Shown piece by piece: positions 10,228-19,410 of a stretch of DNA of 64,000 nucleotides. The notes beneath the pieces were generated by a model. That model searched no databases. It was not told the DNA's origin and saw only the letters and a list, made by a program, of their open reading frames with translations. A program made the position numbers and the translations under genes. This DNA comes from Thermoproteota archaeon (lineage in GTDB: Archaea; Korarchaeota; Korarchaeia; Korarchaeales; Korarchaeaceae). The number at the start of each line of letters is the position of its first letter. Position 1 is the stretch's first letter. The stretch lies in the NCBI GenBank assembly GCA_015522685.1, contig WALU01000049.1:22441-86440 (forward strand), in the 5' to 3' direction.

Positions 10228-11211
10228 ATGGCGAAGGTGTATTTAGATAAAGATGTTAGTTTAGAGCCCCTAGAGGGCAAGACTCTAGCTGTAGCCGGGT
10301 ATGGAATACAAGGAAGGGCTCAGGCCCTGAATTTGAGGGATAGCGGACTTAATGTAATAGTAGGAGTGAGAAAGGGAAAATCTTGGGATCTAGCTGAGAA
10401 GGAAGGTTTCAAAGTATATAGCGTCGGAGATGCTGTAGCTGAAGCAGATGCCGTTCTCTATCTACTGCCAGATATGGCTCAACCTGATGTATGGGCTAGG
10501 GAGGTGGAGCCTAACTTGAAGGAAGGAGCAGTAGTTAACTTTGCGCACGGCTTTGCTATACATTATGGCCTCATAAAGCCAAGAAAAGAGTTAGATGTAG
10601 TGATGGTCGCACCGAAGGCCCCGGGAGCTGCTGTGAGAGAGGAATACTTGAAAGGTAAAGGCGCCCCTGCCCTCGTAGCGATATACCAAGACTATTCAGG
10701 AATGGCAAAGGAGTTCGCCTTAGCTATAGCAAAGGGAATAGGAGCTACTAGATCAGGTGTTATAGAAACGACTTTTGCTGAGGAGACGGAAACGGATCTA
10801 ATAGGAGAGCAGAATGTCCTCGTAGGAGGGCTAATGGAACTTTTGATGAAGGGATGGGAAACTCTAGTGGACATGGGATACCAACCAGAAGTGGCATATT
10901 TTGAGGCTCTAAACGAAGCCAAGCTTATAATGGATCTAATATGGAGGTATGGTATAAAAGGAATGCTAGATAGGGTTTCCGTCACAGCTAGGTATGGCGG
11001 CCTCACGGTGGGCCCCAAAGTGCTAGATGATGGGGTGAAGGACAGGATGAGAAGATATGCTGAGAGAGTGGTGAGTGGTGAGTTCGCTAGAGAGTGGGTG
11101 AAGGCATACAGAAATGGAGGAAATAAGCTAGACGATCTCATGAGAAGAGTAGAGAGCCATCCGATAGAAAAGGTGGGTCACCGAGTCAGAAAGCTTATAT
11201 TTGGGGAGTGA
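10228..11211 (+). CDS. ilvC: Ketol-acid reductoisomerase
   Basis: GYGIQGRAQALNLRDSG, APKAPG, ETETDLIGEQ; ATG at 10228 follows a GAGGTG RBS. Confidence 0.96.
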   Translation: MAKVYLDKDVSLEPLEGKTLAVAGYGIQGRAQALNLRDSGLNVIVGVRKGKSWDLAEKEGFKVYSVGDAVAEADAVLYLLPDMAQPDVWAREVEPNLKEGAVVNFAHGFAIHYGLIKPRKELDVVMVAPKAPGAAVREEYLKGKGAPALVAIYQDYSGMAKEFALAIAKGIGATRSGVIETTFAEETETDLIGEQNVLVGGLMELLMKGWETLVDMGYQPEVAYFEALNEAKLIMDLIWRYGIKGMLDRVSVTARYGGLTVGPKVLDDGVKDRMRRYAERVVSGEFAREWVKAYRNGGNKLDDLMRRVESHPIEKVGHRVRKLIFGE

Positions 11212-11429
11212 TATTGAGGTGTCTCTTTTTTCTATTTTTATCTTTTAATTTTTGACATATGGAAGATTTTTTACTATTACGACTACTTTCTAAGACTATG
11301 TCGATAAAATTTTTATACAACGGTAGTATCTCTACTATACTTAAAATTTAAAAATAGTATAATAAGAATGCTTTGGCTCTATCTCTTCACTCTGTTGCTA
11401 CTATCAAGCAATCACCTAAAGGACATTTA

Positions 11430-11922
11430 AGTACTCACACAAAATTGTCCAGTATAGTCTTTAGATCTCCCTCAGCCCCTTTATTTCATCTAGCATCTCA
11501 TCCTATCTTTTTAACATTCCGTCTTGTTTCTTTAGTATTTCATCTTGTTTGTTTAACATCATGTATTGCCTTCCCAGTATTTCATCCTGCTTTCCTATCA
11601 TCCTAAGTCCTATCTCTATCATTTTACTCAGCTGCAGAGTCGTGAAATACGATCTAAATCTCTCTATATCTTTAACAGGCTCTTCATAATCTTAAGAGGA
11701 GATGCTACTAATCTCTGCTCCTTTAGGGAGTATGCTTCTAACATCATCCTCTAAAGTTCTTACTACTGCCTCATTTTCATCATATAATACTTCTACAGAG
11801 TTCTTGCATATATTCCTAGCTTAAAAAGCATTTAGGTCATGCTCACTGGCGAGGTTAGGGAGAAACATTCTGTAGCCCAAATCCTGAACTTTGCTGCCCT
11901 TAATGAGAAGCTTCCTTTTCAT
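11430..11922 (-). pseudogene. Acylphosphatase-domain protein with KQDxxL heptad coiled coil, inactivated
   Basis: From ATG 11922: MKRKLLIKGSKVQDLGYRMFL...*ARNI..VEVLYD...ISS*DYEEPV...GKQDEILGRQYMMLNKQDEILKKQDGMLKR*DEMLDEIKGLR. In-frame stops at 11821-23, 11692-94 and 11503-05. The 3' end is approximate. Confidence 0.85.
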
Positions 11923-12175
11923 CAATGCAAGTTGCTTTGATATCAATTTAAACGTTATCTGTCAATTGGCGATATATTTAAGGTTATGAAATTTTTAGAA
12001 ACGTATTATATTTACTATCGAGATATAGTGTAAAGTGAAGCGAATGATATGTTCACCTATCTGTCTAGTCTAGCTATATGCTCATAACCTTTCACTTTAG
12101 GAGAAGTAATGAGATAAGTTGAGAAAAATATAGGCTAGGCTAAGTGAGAAATAGCGTTAAAGATTCTTATATCAG

Positions 12176-12472
12176 TCAGAGGTTCTGGGCGGCAATCCAT
12201 TTTTCCATTATATTGTAGTGGGCTTCTCCTCTGTACTTGGTGACAATCTGGGTCATCCATCTCGGTAAGATAGTCTCTCCAGTTAAAGAAGCCTTAAGAA
12301 CAGTCTTTATATGAGCCAGCTTTGAGAATTCCTTCAGAAACTCATTCAGCTCATCCATCGAGGGGAATGAAAGCACATATGTATACTCATATCCTCTATC
12401 GCCCTTCAATTCCAGTAGTATAGGCACCTTCAACTTAGAAATTTCATCTAGAAAGCCTTCTGGGGATAGCAT
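12176..12472 (-). CDS. Hypothetical protein, possibly the 3' fragment of a decayed gene
   Basis: Protein-like composition; the upstream sequence looks coding but in a shifted frame. Confidence 0.4.
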   Translation of the reverse strand: MLSPEGFLDEISKLKVPILLELKGDRGYEYTYVLSFPSMDELNEFLKEFSKLAHIKTVLKASLTGETILPRWMTQIVTKYRGEAHYNIMEKWIAAQNL

Positions 12473-12688
12473 GATTGGTTGGATCTGAAGAGGACATCAA
12501 TATCTTTCCCTTGTGAAGAGAGGCTACCTTATGTAAGGATGAGGAATCAGGTGAATAGGCTACTGCGAAGAAGTAGGCCTCCGCAAAGATACATCACCCA
12601 AGAGACATTCCTTGTCTCCACTTAAAAACCTTATTCTGATTCGCAACCCATATTTTATTATATAGATTATCATTATCCATTGCAAAGA

Positions 12689-12748
12689 GGCCATCAGTCC
12701 GCCCGTCATACCCCATGATTCAGGTTTAAGGAATTATCATCATCGGCC
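12689..12748 (-). ncRNA. C/D-box guide sRNA; D-guide targets 16S rRNA C1402 (E. coli numbering)
   Basis: Minus strand reads GGCCG-ATGATGA(C)-TAATTCCTTAAAC-CTGA(D')-ATCATGGGGTA-TGACGGGCGGA-CTGA(D)-TGGCC, with a terminal stem. TGACGGGCGG is the exact complement of the universal 16S CCGCCCGUCA. Confidence 0.88.
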
Positions 12749-12852
12749 ATGCTATGATGAAACGAGAGCTATTAACGTTTACCACTATAAACTATAAGGC
12801 AAGCGAATAGCAGCTGTCGGAAATCTTTAATAAGCTCTCTCGGAATTCTAAC

Positions 12853-13362
12853 ATGATGACCAGACTTCTATCCTTCTTGATGCTGTCGCTGATTTCATTA
12901 GTTGTGACAAGTTCTCTTGCATCTGCATCAGTCCTCACCGGGCCTGTAGCCATAGTCTCAAATTCTATAGATATGCCAACTGCAAATAGAACAGCAAATA
13001 TCTTGAAGGAGATGGGCTTCGAGGTGAAGATATTCTTCCCCAGCGAATTTGATGACGCCCTCAAGTATGGGCAGTTTGTGATAATACTGGGGGGCCATAA
13101 GGCGCCTGAAGGCATAGGTCAGATATCCACAAAATTCCTATCCGCCGAAGAGAAGGCAAAGCTTGAAAGAAAGAATTATGCATATTATTTCATCAAGAGA
13201 GGACCTGAAAGGAAGCCTGTTGTCATAATAGCTGGCAATGATAGGTTTGGAACATATAGAGCGACAAATACCTTCCTCATTAAAGGAATAAAAGAATTAT
13301 CAGATTTCATCTCTTCACCTGGAATCGTAATGGTGGCGATGACATCGCCTGCAGGTGATTGA
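12853..13362 (+). CDS. Secreted protein with S-layer-associated domain
   Basis: Signal peptide; IILGGHKAPEGIG...IIAGNDRFGT pattern of archaeal S-layer/cell-surface domains. Confidence 0.7.
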   Translation: MMTRLLSFLMLSLISLVVTSSLASASVLTGPVAIVSNSIDMPTANRTANILKEMGFEVKIFFPSEFDDALKYGQFVIILGGHKAPEGIGQISTKFLSAEEKAKLERKNYAYYFIKRGPERKPVVIIAGNDRFGTYRATNTFLIKGIKELSDFISSPGIVMVAMTSPAGD

Positions 13363-13368
13363 GTTGCC

Positions 13369-13391
13369 CCTAGCTCCTACGAGGAGCTAGG
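13369..13391 (+). terminator. Perfect 10-bp hairpin just after the gene (terminator or stability element)
   Basis: CCTAGCTCCT-ACG-AGGAGCTAGG, 6 nt after the stop at 13362. Confidence 0.45.
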
Positions 13392-13399
13392 AGATTGAG

Positions 13400-14560
13400 A
13401 TGCTAGCATCCCCCCCATAAGCTTACTCAGGGGTAGAGTATTTCTCCCCATGGCCTTGCCCCTGAGGTACCTGGCAGGATGCTCTGATCCAGATGATCCA
13501 ATATTTCACTTATAGAAGCCATTTTAGTAACAGGTCCTCCTTTAATTCCTGTTTTAGAGGGAGGGCCTAGCTGCACTGGTGGCTGGAAGAATAAATGCAT
13601 GTAGCTAGGTATCCCCCTTCCCTATGAAGTAGCTCTATTCTCCTTGCCTTGGATTGGTTCATGTTAAACACTGCTGGAAGGGAAAGAAGAGCTATCAATA
13701 GATGAGATCCTTCATTTCGTTTCTAGCCTCTTGAATGTCATCGAGTCTATATCTATCCAAATACCCGGGAAATCCATTCTCTCAGTATCAACGCAAACCA
13801 TGTTTACTTATCTACTACCTTAAGGCGATTCAGCATCTTTTATCTTCTCTAGTAGGAGAGATAGACCTCTTCTCAAAGCTCTATCTGAATTTTTTCCCAA
13901 CCATCTGGGTCTATTAATTAGCTCTTCTATCTCCTCTTTTTTATGAATCTTCTCGTAGATCTTCAGGCCTAGGTGACCTTGCCTTCTTAAACTGCACTGA
14001 AGGGTAAATCCATTGCCTTCCTCCTTACTGAAGCTGCATGAAACAAATACGCCTTGAGAAACTTCCACCTTCAGCATTTCTATCGCTGATTTCTGTACTA
14101 GGATCTTATTTAAGGTTGATAGCCCTCGAACTTTAAGCTCCGTAAGCAGGTAAGTTGAGAAAATGTTGGCAGAGTTGATGAAATTTGTAGAAGCAGCTAG
14201 CTCCCTTGCGAGAGATGTGGCAGTCTCCAAGGATCCTGACGACCCAGATTTGATTATCATAAGCATGAAATCTCCAAGGAAGAGGTTAGATCAGATGAGA
14301 GAAGAGAGATAATGAGCTAATCACTAGAATTCTCCTCAAGAGCTCCTCCGTTGAAAGAGCCATCAAACCACTTAAGGAGGAGTTCTCCAAACTTAGGTTC
14401 ATAGTGGAGCATGCTGGCGCCGAGTTGGAGGCTTCTAAGACAGATATCTTTATACCATTCATAAACCGAGCGGGAGGAAGGGGAACTTATCAAGCCTCTT
14501 TGAGCATCCCCTTTAAGTACAAGGCTTACCTAGACCTGTGTTTCAGATTATATCATGGTG
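13400..14560. pseudogene. Decayed coding remnants on both strands (includes ORF 13820..14266)
   Basis: + strand 14163 onward: MLAELMKFVEAASSLARDVAVSKDPDDPDLIIISM, then a frameshift to DNELITRILLKSSSVERAIKPLKEEFSKLRFIVEH. - strand: LKIYEKIHKKEEIEELINRPRWLG followed by many stops. Confidence 0.4.
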
Positions 14561-14636
14561 CTTGACGGTTTTTATTATAGAGCTCAATGCAATAGATGTT
14601 AAGGCTGGAAAGATGCCTAGCCTAATTACGTGCAGC

Positions 14637-15419
14637 CTAGATAAATATCTTTAGAATCATCCAGAGAGCAGCTCCTAGAAGTATCAACGAGAAGGCTCCT
14701 CTTAACCTTCCCTCATCTATCTTTACATGCATTCTAGATCCTACCTGAGACCCAAGAATGACTAGAAAGCCAAGAAATGTGGCGAGCGTAGGATCTATCC
14801 CTCCTCTTACTACATGACCCAAGAAAGACATGGAGGATGACGATAGGGCCAAGAAGCTATTTGTGGCCATAGCTATCCTGAGAGGGACTCCTCCTAAGAT
14901 TGTGCATATAGGAACTATCAATCCTCCTCCAGATATCCCAGCCATCCCTGCTAGAAAGGCCACTATAGTCACAGGAGGAATCATTCCGGCAAGCCAGATC
15001 TCATAGTCTGTCTCTCCAACATTTCTTCTGATCAAGAAGAGTCTCGATCCCTTGAATTCCTTCTTAGATAATATCATGAAGGCTGACATTATTAGTAGAG
15101 ATGAGAAGCATATCTTGAGGTAGATTGAGGGTATTCTGTAAGAGATAAATCCTCCTAGAAAGGAGGAGATTCCTACTACTGCTCCAAGTATTATAGCTAG
15201 AGTCCAGTCCAAGAGCTTATGTTTTCCATGGTAAACGATCACCATGGAAAGCCCTTGCAATGTTATCAAGAGGAGACCCAATGATGCAGCTCTGTAATAG
15301 CTGAAGCCAAGCAGTGTCATCAGGATGGGGATGTAGAGTTCTCCTCCACCTTTCCCAAACATTGAGAAAACCAATGAAATGAGGAAGATTAGTATTGCTG
15401 TCATCAAAAACTGGTGCAT
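14637..15419 (-). CDS. TauE/SafE (TSUP) family sulfur-compound exporter
   Basis: Duplicated GxGGG motifs (FGKGGGELYIP, GISGGGLIVP), about 8 TM helices. Confidence 0.9.
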   Translation of the reverse strand: MHQFLMTAILIFLISLVFSMFGKGGGELYIPILMTLLGFSYYRAASLGLLLITLQGLSMVIVYHGKHKLLDWTLAIILGAVVGISSFLGGFISYRIPSIYLKICFSSLLIMSAFMILSKKEFKGSRLFLIRRNVGETDYEIWLAGMIPPVTIVAFLAGMAGISGGGLIVPICTILGGVPLRIAMATNSFLALSSSSMSFLGHVVRGGIDPTLATFLGFLVILGSQVGSRMHVKIDEGRLRGAFSLILLGAALWMILKIFI

Positions 15420-15430
15420 AGAAGCTGCTA

Positions 15431-15456
15431 GCTTAAGTTAGTATATAAACTTAAGC
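15431..15456. promoter_or_regulatory. Inverted-repeat operator overlapping the TATA box of the TSUP gene
   Basis: GCTTAAGTT-agtatata-AACTTAAGC; the minus strand contains TTTATATA. Confidence 0.55.
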
Positions 15457-15493
15457 AACTACAGACTGAGAGGTGATCGTGCTTATGCTATAT

Positions 15494-15853
15494 CTATACA
15501 TCCCTTTTCGCTAAGATCTCCTGAACTTTAGGTGCGATATCTTTTCCTACTATTCTACACGCGTTAGGAGGAGCTATTCCAGCTGCGATAGCCTCAGCAC
15601 AATCTCTACATGTAGGAAAGCCACATGCTCCACAGTTCATCTTTGGGAGGAGAGAGTAGATCTCATCAACGAGGTTCTTATCCCTAAGTTGATACTGAGC
15701 ATCTGTATGTGGTGCCTGAGCTATTGAAGGTATTGATTGATTTAGATAAGCTGGCCAGTGCATCCCTCTAGCGCTCATTCTAATTCTCATCCCTTTTCCT
15801 TTGCTTCTTCTCCATCTCCGTCTGTATCTGTAACCCAAAATAATCACCACCAC
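15494..15853 (-). CDS. Small Fe-S cluster domain protein (RnfB N-terminal-like FeS domain)
   Basis: LPKMNCGACGFPTCRDCAEAI...NAC motif; Arg-rich N-terminus. Confidence 0.8.
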   Translation of the reverse strand: MVVIILGYRYRRRWRRSKGKGMRIRMSARGMHWPAYLNQSIPSIAQAPHTDAQYQLRDKNLVDEIYSLLPKMNCGACGFPTCRDCAEAIAAGIAPPNACRIVGKDIAPKVQEILAKRDV

Positions 15854-15913
15854 TTAAGTTGAGGCTGCCTATTAAAGTTAGGTGGACTGATCTTTTTTAT
15901 ACACCTTCCTAAG

Positions 15914-16642
15914 CTAATAATGTGTCTTTGAGATTCTCAGGCACTTGAGGAGTAGAATTATGAAAATGGAGATTAGAGGAGATACTAGTGCAGGCAAAAG
16001 TGAATTCATACCCGAAACAGCAATTATCGATAGAAAAGTAGAGAAGTAGGGAAGCAACTTAGTAACTCCTAGTGATCCCTTAAGGTCGTCCCTAGCTATG
16101 GCTCGGTAGAGCAATAGGGATATGTAAGAAGTGAAGAACCATCCTATGAAATTCTCGGTGGGTATACCGAACCAAGGACCGGTGGTCTCCCATTTCCAGA
16201 CCTCTAGGTCTGTCATTACCGGATCTACCGCCATATCAAGAATTACCATTAGCAGGGAAGTGAGAAGATCTCGCGCCACTCCAGTATATAGATAAGAGGC
16301 TGCTATGTAGGATATGTAGAGGTATACGCCCCAAGCAAATATTATTGGGATCGGTACTCCAAAAACCTTGGCGCCTTCAAATTTAAGATACTCATATCTG
16401 CCAAATGGCAGTCCATAGTTGATGCCTACGTATTCCATGATTAAGCCAACCAACGAGCCTGATGCAAACAGTAGCAGACTACTCTCCCATTCCTTAGATG
16501 ATATGGCGAGCGAGAGAAAGAAAAGTATAGTTAGAGATATATCCGCTTCTTTCCTATAGCCTAAAAAGGAGAGGAGAGCATTAAGGATGTATGCAAGTGA
16601 TAGTAGGTAGAGGGAGATTCTGAAATATGTATTACCGATCAT
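15914..16642 (-). CDS. CruF/DUF422-family membrane protein (carotenoid hydratase-like)
   Basis: EYVGINYGLPFGRYEY, GVPIPIIFAW, DMAVDP, WFGIPTENFIGW. Confidence 0.85.
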   Translation of the reverse strand: MIGNTYFRISLYLLSLAYILNALLSFLGYRKEADISLTILFFLSLAISSKEWESSLLLFASGSLVGLIMEYVGINYGLPFGRYEYLKFEGAKVFGVPIPIIFAWGVYLYISYIAASYLYTGVARDLLTSLLMVILDMAVDPVMTDLEVWKWETTGPWFGIPTENFIGWFFTSYISLLLYRAIARDDLKGSLGVTKLLPYFSTFLSIIAVSGMNSLLPALVSPLISIFIILLLKCLRISKTHY

Positions 16643-16692
16643 TGAGAAAAAAGACCTTCATACTTTTTCAATCTAATCTATTCTATTCTAAT

Positions 16693-17466
16693 CTATTCTA
16701 TAGTACTCCTCTCGAATATTCTAACCGAGACGGTTATGAATCCGATGCATAGAATGATTAACGCAGATATATCAGCGATTAATGGTATGGAATTCACTCC
16801 AGTTAGGAAGTACCTCGTAGAATCAACAGCAAATGTTAATGGGTTCATATAGAATATAATCTTAGCCGCACTAGGAAGTCTGTCTATTGGATAGAAAGCT
16901 CCACTAAGAAATATAAGAGGTAATGTTATCAGGCTCATTATGAGCTGGAATCCCTCGGGGCTTCTCATCTTAGAAGCTATCGCTATACCTAATCCATTGA
17001 AAGAGAGGGCTGTAACTAAACCAAGGGCCAAGGCTGGTAGTGAGCCCTCAAGCTTCAATCCGGGCACTAAGAGATACATCATACAGAGCACTATTGCTCC
17101 TTGTAGTACGGATGTTAGCGAATCCCCAAAGGCCCTTCCTATTATTGCATAAGTTCTAGAGGCAGGCGCTACCAGTACTTCCTTCAAGAATCCAAATTCC
17201 TTGTCCCAGATGACTGATATTCCTCCCACTAGGCTTGAGGTGAATATCGTCATTACAGTGATGCCCGGAGCTAGGAAAGCTAAGTAATCTATTCCTCCGA
17301 AGAGCTGCTTAGATAATCCTCCCCCTAAAGAAAAGCTCCATCCCATCCCTAGAAAGAGAAAGAATATGAGTGGATTAACTATAGTACCGATTAGCCTAGA
17401 TTTAGCCCTGAAATATCTCTTCAGCTGTCTATAGGTCATAGCAAGAAGTATGCCTCCTTCGTTCAT
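16693..17466 (-). CDS. ABC-2 exporter permease (DrrB-like)
   Basis: WDKEFGFLKEVLVAP, FLSGAFYP, NPLTFAVD. Confidence 0.92.
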   Translation of the reverse strand: MNEGGILLAMTYRQLKRYFRAKSRLIGTIVNPLIFFLFLGMGWSFSLGGGLSKQLFGGIDYLAFLAPGITVMTIFTSSLVGGISVIWDKEFGFLKEVLVAPASRTYAIIGRAFGDSLTSVLQGAIVLCMMYLLVPGLKLEGSLPALALGLVTALSFNGLGIAIASKMRSPEGFQLIMSLITLPLIFLSGAFYPIDRLPSAAKIIFYMNPLTFAVDSTRYFLTGVNSIPLIADISALIILCIGFITVSVRIFERSTIE

Positions 17467-17470
17467 GAGA

Positions 17471-18493
17471 TCACCTCCTCATTCTAGCTCTGGCCGCCCT
17501 TCTCATTCTTATAAGATCCTTCCAGTTTCCTTCCTCATCTCTCAGCTCTCTACCGGTGTAATGAAGAAAGACATCTCCTAATGATGGCTGAGTGTACTTT
17601 ATCTCTTCTACTTTGATATCGAACGTGTTTGCAAGTTCGAAAACGGGAGGTATTGCCTTAGATGCGTATCTCACGCTAAATGCAACCATATCTCCCACTA
17701 ATCTATAAGATAGAGCTATTCTCTCCCTTACGATCTCTTCCGCGAACTCTTTAATCTCATCCATTGGATTGTTTACCTTTACATAGAGCATATCGCCACC
17801 AAGGCTATTCTTAAGATCTTCCGGACTACCCATAGCCATTATTTTACCATGATCTATTATAGCGACCTTGTCGCATAGTTTTTCGGCCTCATCCATGTAG
17901 TGGGTTGTCATGAATATCGTGACATTCTCCTCTTTCCTCAGCATGCGTATGTATTCCCATATTCTAGCCCTAGTTTGGGGATCCAATCCTATCGTAGGCT
18001 CGTCTAGGAACAGAACCTCTGGACTATGCATCAATGCACGCGCTATCTCAAGCCTTCTCATCATACCACCGCTGTAATTCTTAACAGGCACACTTTTGAA
18101 CTTTGTAAGCTCAGCAAACTCTAATGCGTCTTCTATTCTCATCTTAAGCTCATCTCCTTTCAAGCCGTATATGAGACCGTGTATATACAGATTTTCCCAT
18201 CCAGTTAAGTATCTATCAGCCGTATTGTCCTGAAAGACTACTCCTATCTTCTCTCTTACCTTTATAGGCTCTTTTATGACATTATGACCGGCGACAAAGG
18301 CCTCTCCTCCAGTCGGCTTCATAACAGTTACAAGGATGTTTATAGTCGTGGTCTTGCCAGCGCCATTGGGCCCTAAAAAGCCGAAGATCTCTCCCTTCTT
18401 TACATCAAAACTAACTCTATTTACAGCGATTAGATCCCCAAATTTCTTGACTAAATTCCTTGCAGAAATTGCAGATTCATCCATTTGGCTCAC
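17471..18493 (-). CDS. ABC exporter ATP-binding protein (DrrA-like)
   Basis: GPNGAGKTT, YSGGM, FLDEPT, TTHYMDEA. Confidence 0.95.
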   Translation of the reverse strand: MSQMDESAISARNLVKKFGDLIAVNRVSFDVKKGEIFGFLGPNGAGKTTTINILVTVMKPTGGEAFVAGHNVIKEPIKVREKIGVVFQDNTADRYLTGWENLYIHGLIYGLKGDELKMRIEDALEFAELTKFKSVPVKNYSGGMMRRLEIARALMHSPEVLFLDEPTIGLDPQTRARIWEYIRMLRKEENVTIFMTTHYMDEAEKLCDKVAIIDHGKIMAMGSPEDLKNSLGGDMLYVKVNNPMDEIKEFAEEIVRERIALSYRLVGDMVAFSVRYASKAIPPVFELANTFDIKVEEIKYTQPSLGDVFLHYTGRELRDEEGNWKDLIRMRRAARARMRR

Positions 18494-18960
18494 CTCAGAT
18501 ACTTATCACTCATAATTCTCTTGAGATCGCCAGAAAATCTCATAAAAGAGATTCTAACTTCTTCTTTTTGCTTTTCGCTTAAGGAATTGTAGGAGGATAC
18601 TACTTCCTTTATTAATAGGAAAGGTTTTAAGCCTATTTCTGAGATAAATTCTCTGAAAGCCTTTATGCTCTCTATCATTGGTTTTACTTCGTCCCTATGC
18701 TCCCTGAGGAATTCCAGCCCTTGATTTGTTATATGGTAAACGTTCTTCCTTTCTACCCTCTCAGAAACAATGTAATCCATATCCTCAAGGAGCTGAAGAG
18801 TAGGGTATATTATACCAGGACTTGGCTCGTAACCTCCTCCAACGAGTTCCTTTATCCTCTGTATTATCTCATAGCCATGCAGAGGCCCCTCCCTGAGCAT
18901 ATATAACATTAGATACTTGAAATTCCCCCTCACCTTGAGCTTTGGCTTAAAGTCGTACAT
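18490..18960 (-). CDS. PadR-family transcriptional regulator
   Basis: PLHGYEII...PSPGIIYPTLQLLED...RKNVYHIT. Confidence 0.93.
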   Translation of the reverse strand: MYDFKPKLKVRGNFKYLMLYMLREGPLHGYEIIQRIKELVGGGYEPSPGIIYPTLQLLEDMDYIVSERVERKNVYHITNQGLEFLREHRDEVKPMIESIKAFREFISEIGLKPFLLIKEVVSSYNSLSEKQKEEVRISFMRFSGDLKRIMSDKYLR

Positions 18961-18987
18961 ATATCTCTAGATATATCTAGAGATATA
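18960..18987. promoter_or_regulatory. Perfect 28-bp palindrome, probable PadR operator
   Basis: TATATCTCTAGATATATCTAGAGATATA abuts the padR start codon; TATA-like TTTATTA lies just upstream on the minus strand. Confidence 0.7.
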
Positions 18988-19166
18988 GATATAGTAATAA
19001 AGTTGATCCCTTACAACATTAGATTCAGCTGAAGAATGAGGGGGGTAGGTAGGTTATCTAACCACAGGGAGGATCAAGTGGAGCATAGTTGTTGATGTAA
19101 TGTATACTTACTTTCACTCAATCAGCTAATGCTACGAACTTACATGAATGCGAAAAGTCATCCCCT

Positions 19167-19320
19167 TCATAGATTTGGAGGGAAGAGCATGACTCTGGCA
19201 TTGTCTAGCATATCACGATTATTATTGAAGAATATGTATGCGCGCGAATTTCCCCTTATTAAGCTCATTAGTTCGTCCTTAGCATCAAGTTCGGAATAAG
19301 TATTAGATAAGATCTTATGG
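19167..19320 (-). pseudogene. C-terminal remnant of a DUF72-family gene
   Basis: Translates as TYSELDAKDELMSLIRGNSRAYIFFNNNRDMLDNARVML*, resembling the DUF72 C-terminal YxFFNN...NA motif; no intact 5' part. Confidence 0.5.
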
Positions 19321-19410
19321 TTTACATATCGCCAAGTTACCAGTTACTATAAAGCTTGACCACTATCTCGCTTCCCTCTTAATCATTAAATTTTTGTACA
19401 TATAAGTAAC

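Noticed and set aside
11373-11754. Two + strand ORFs (77 and 62 aa)
   Set aside because: They are antisense to the acylphosphatase-coiled-coil pseudogene.
11503-11823. Stop-codon recoding (Pyl/Sec) as an explanation for the in-frame stops
   Set aside because: The stops are mixed TAA/TAG with a frameshift, and intact genes in the window use all three stops normally.
13820-14266. 148-aa ORF as an intact gene
   Set aside because: Its first half reads as the antisense of a more protein-like + strand remnant; it is probably a chimera of relics.
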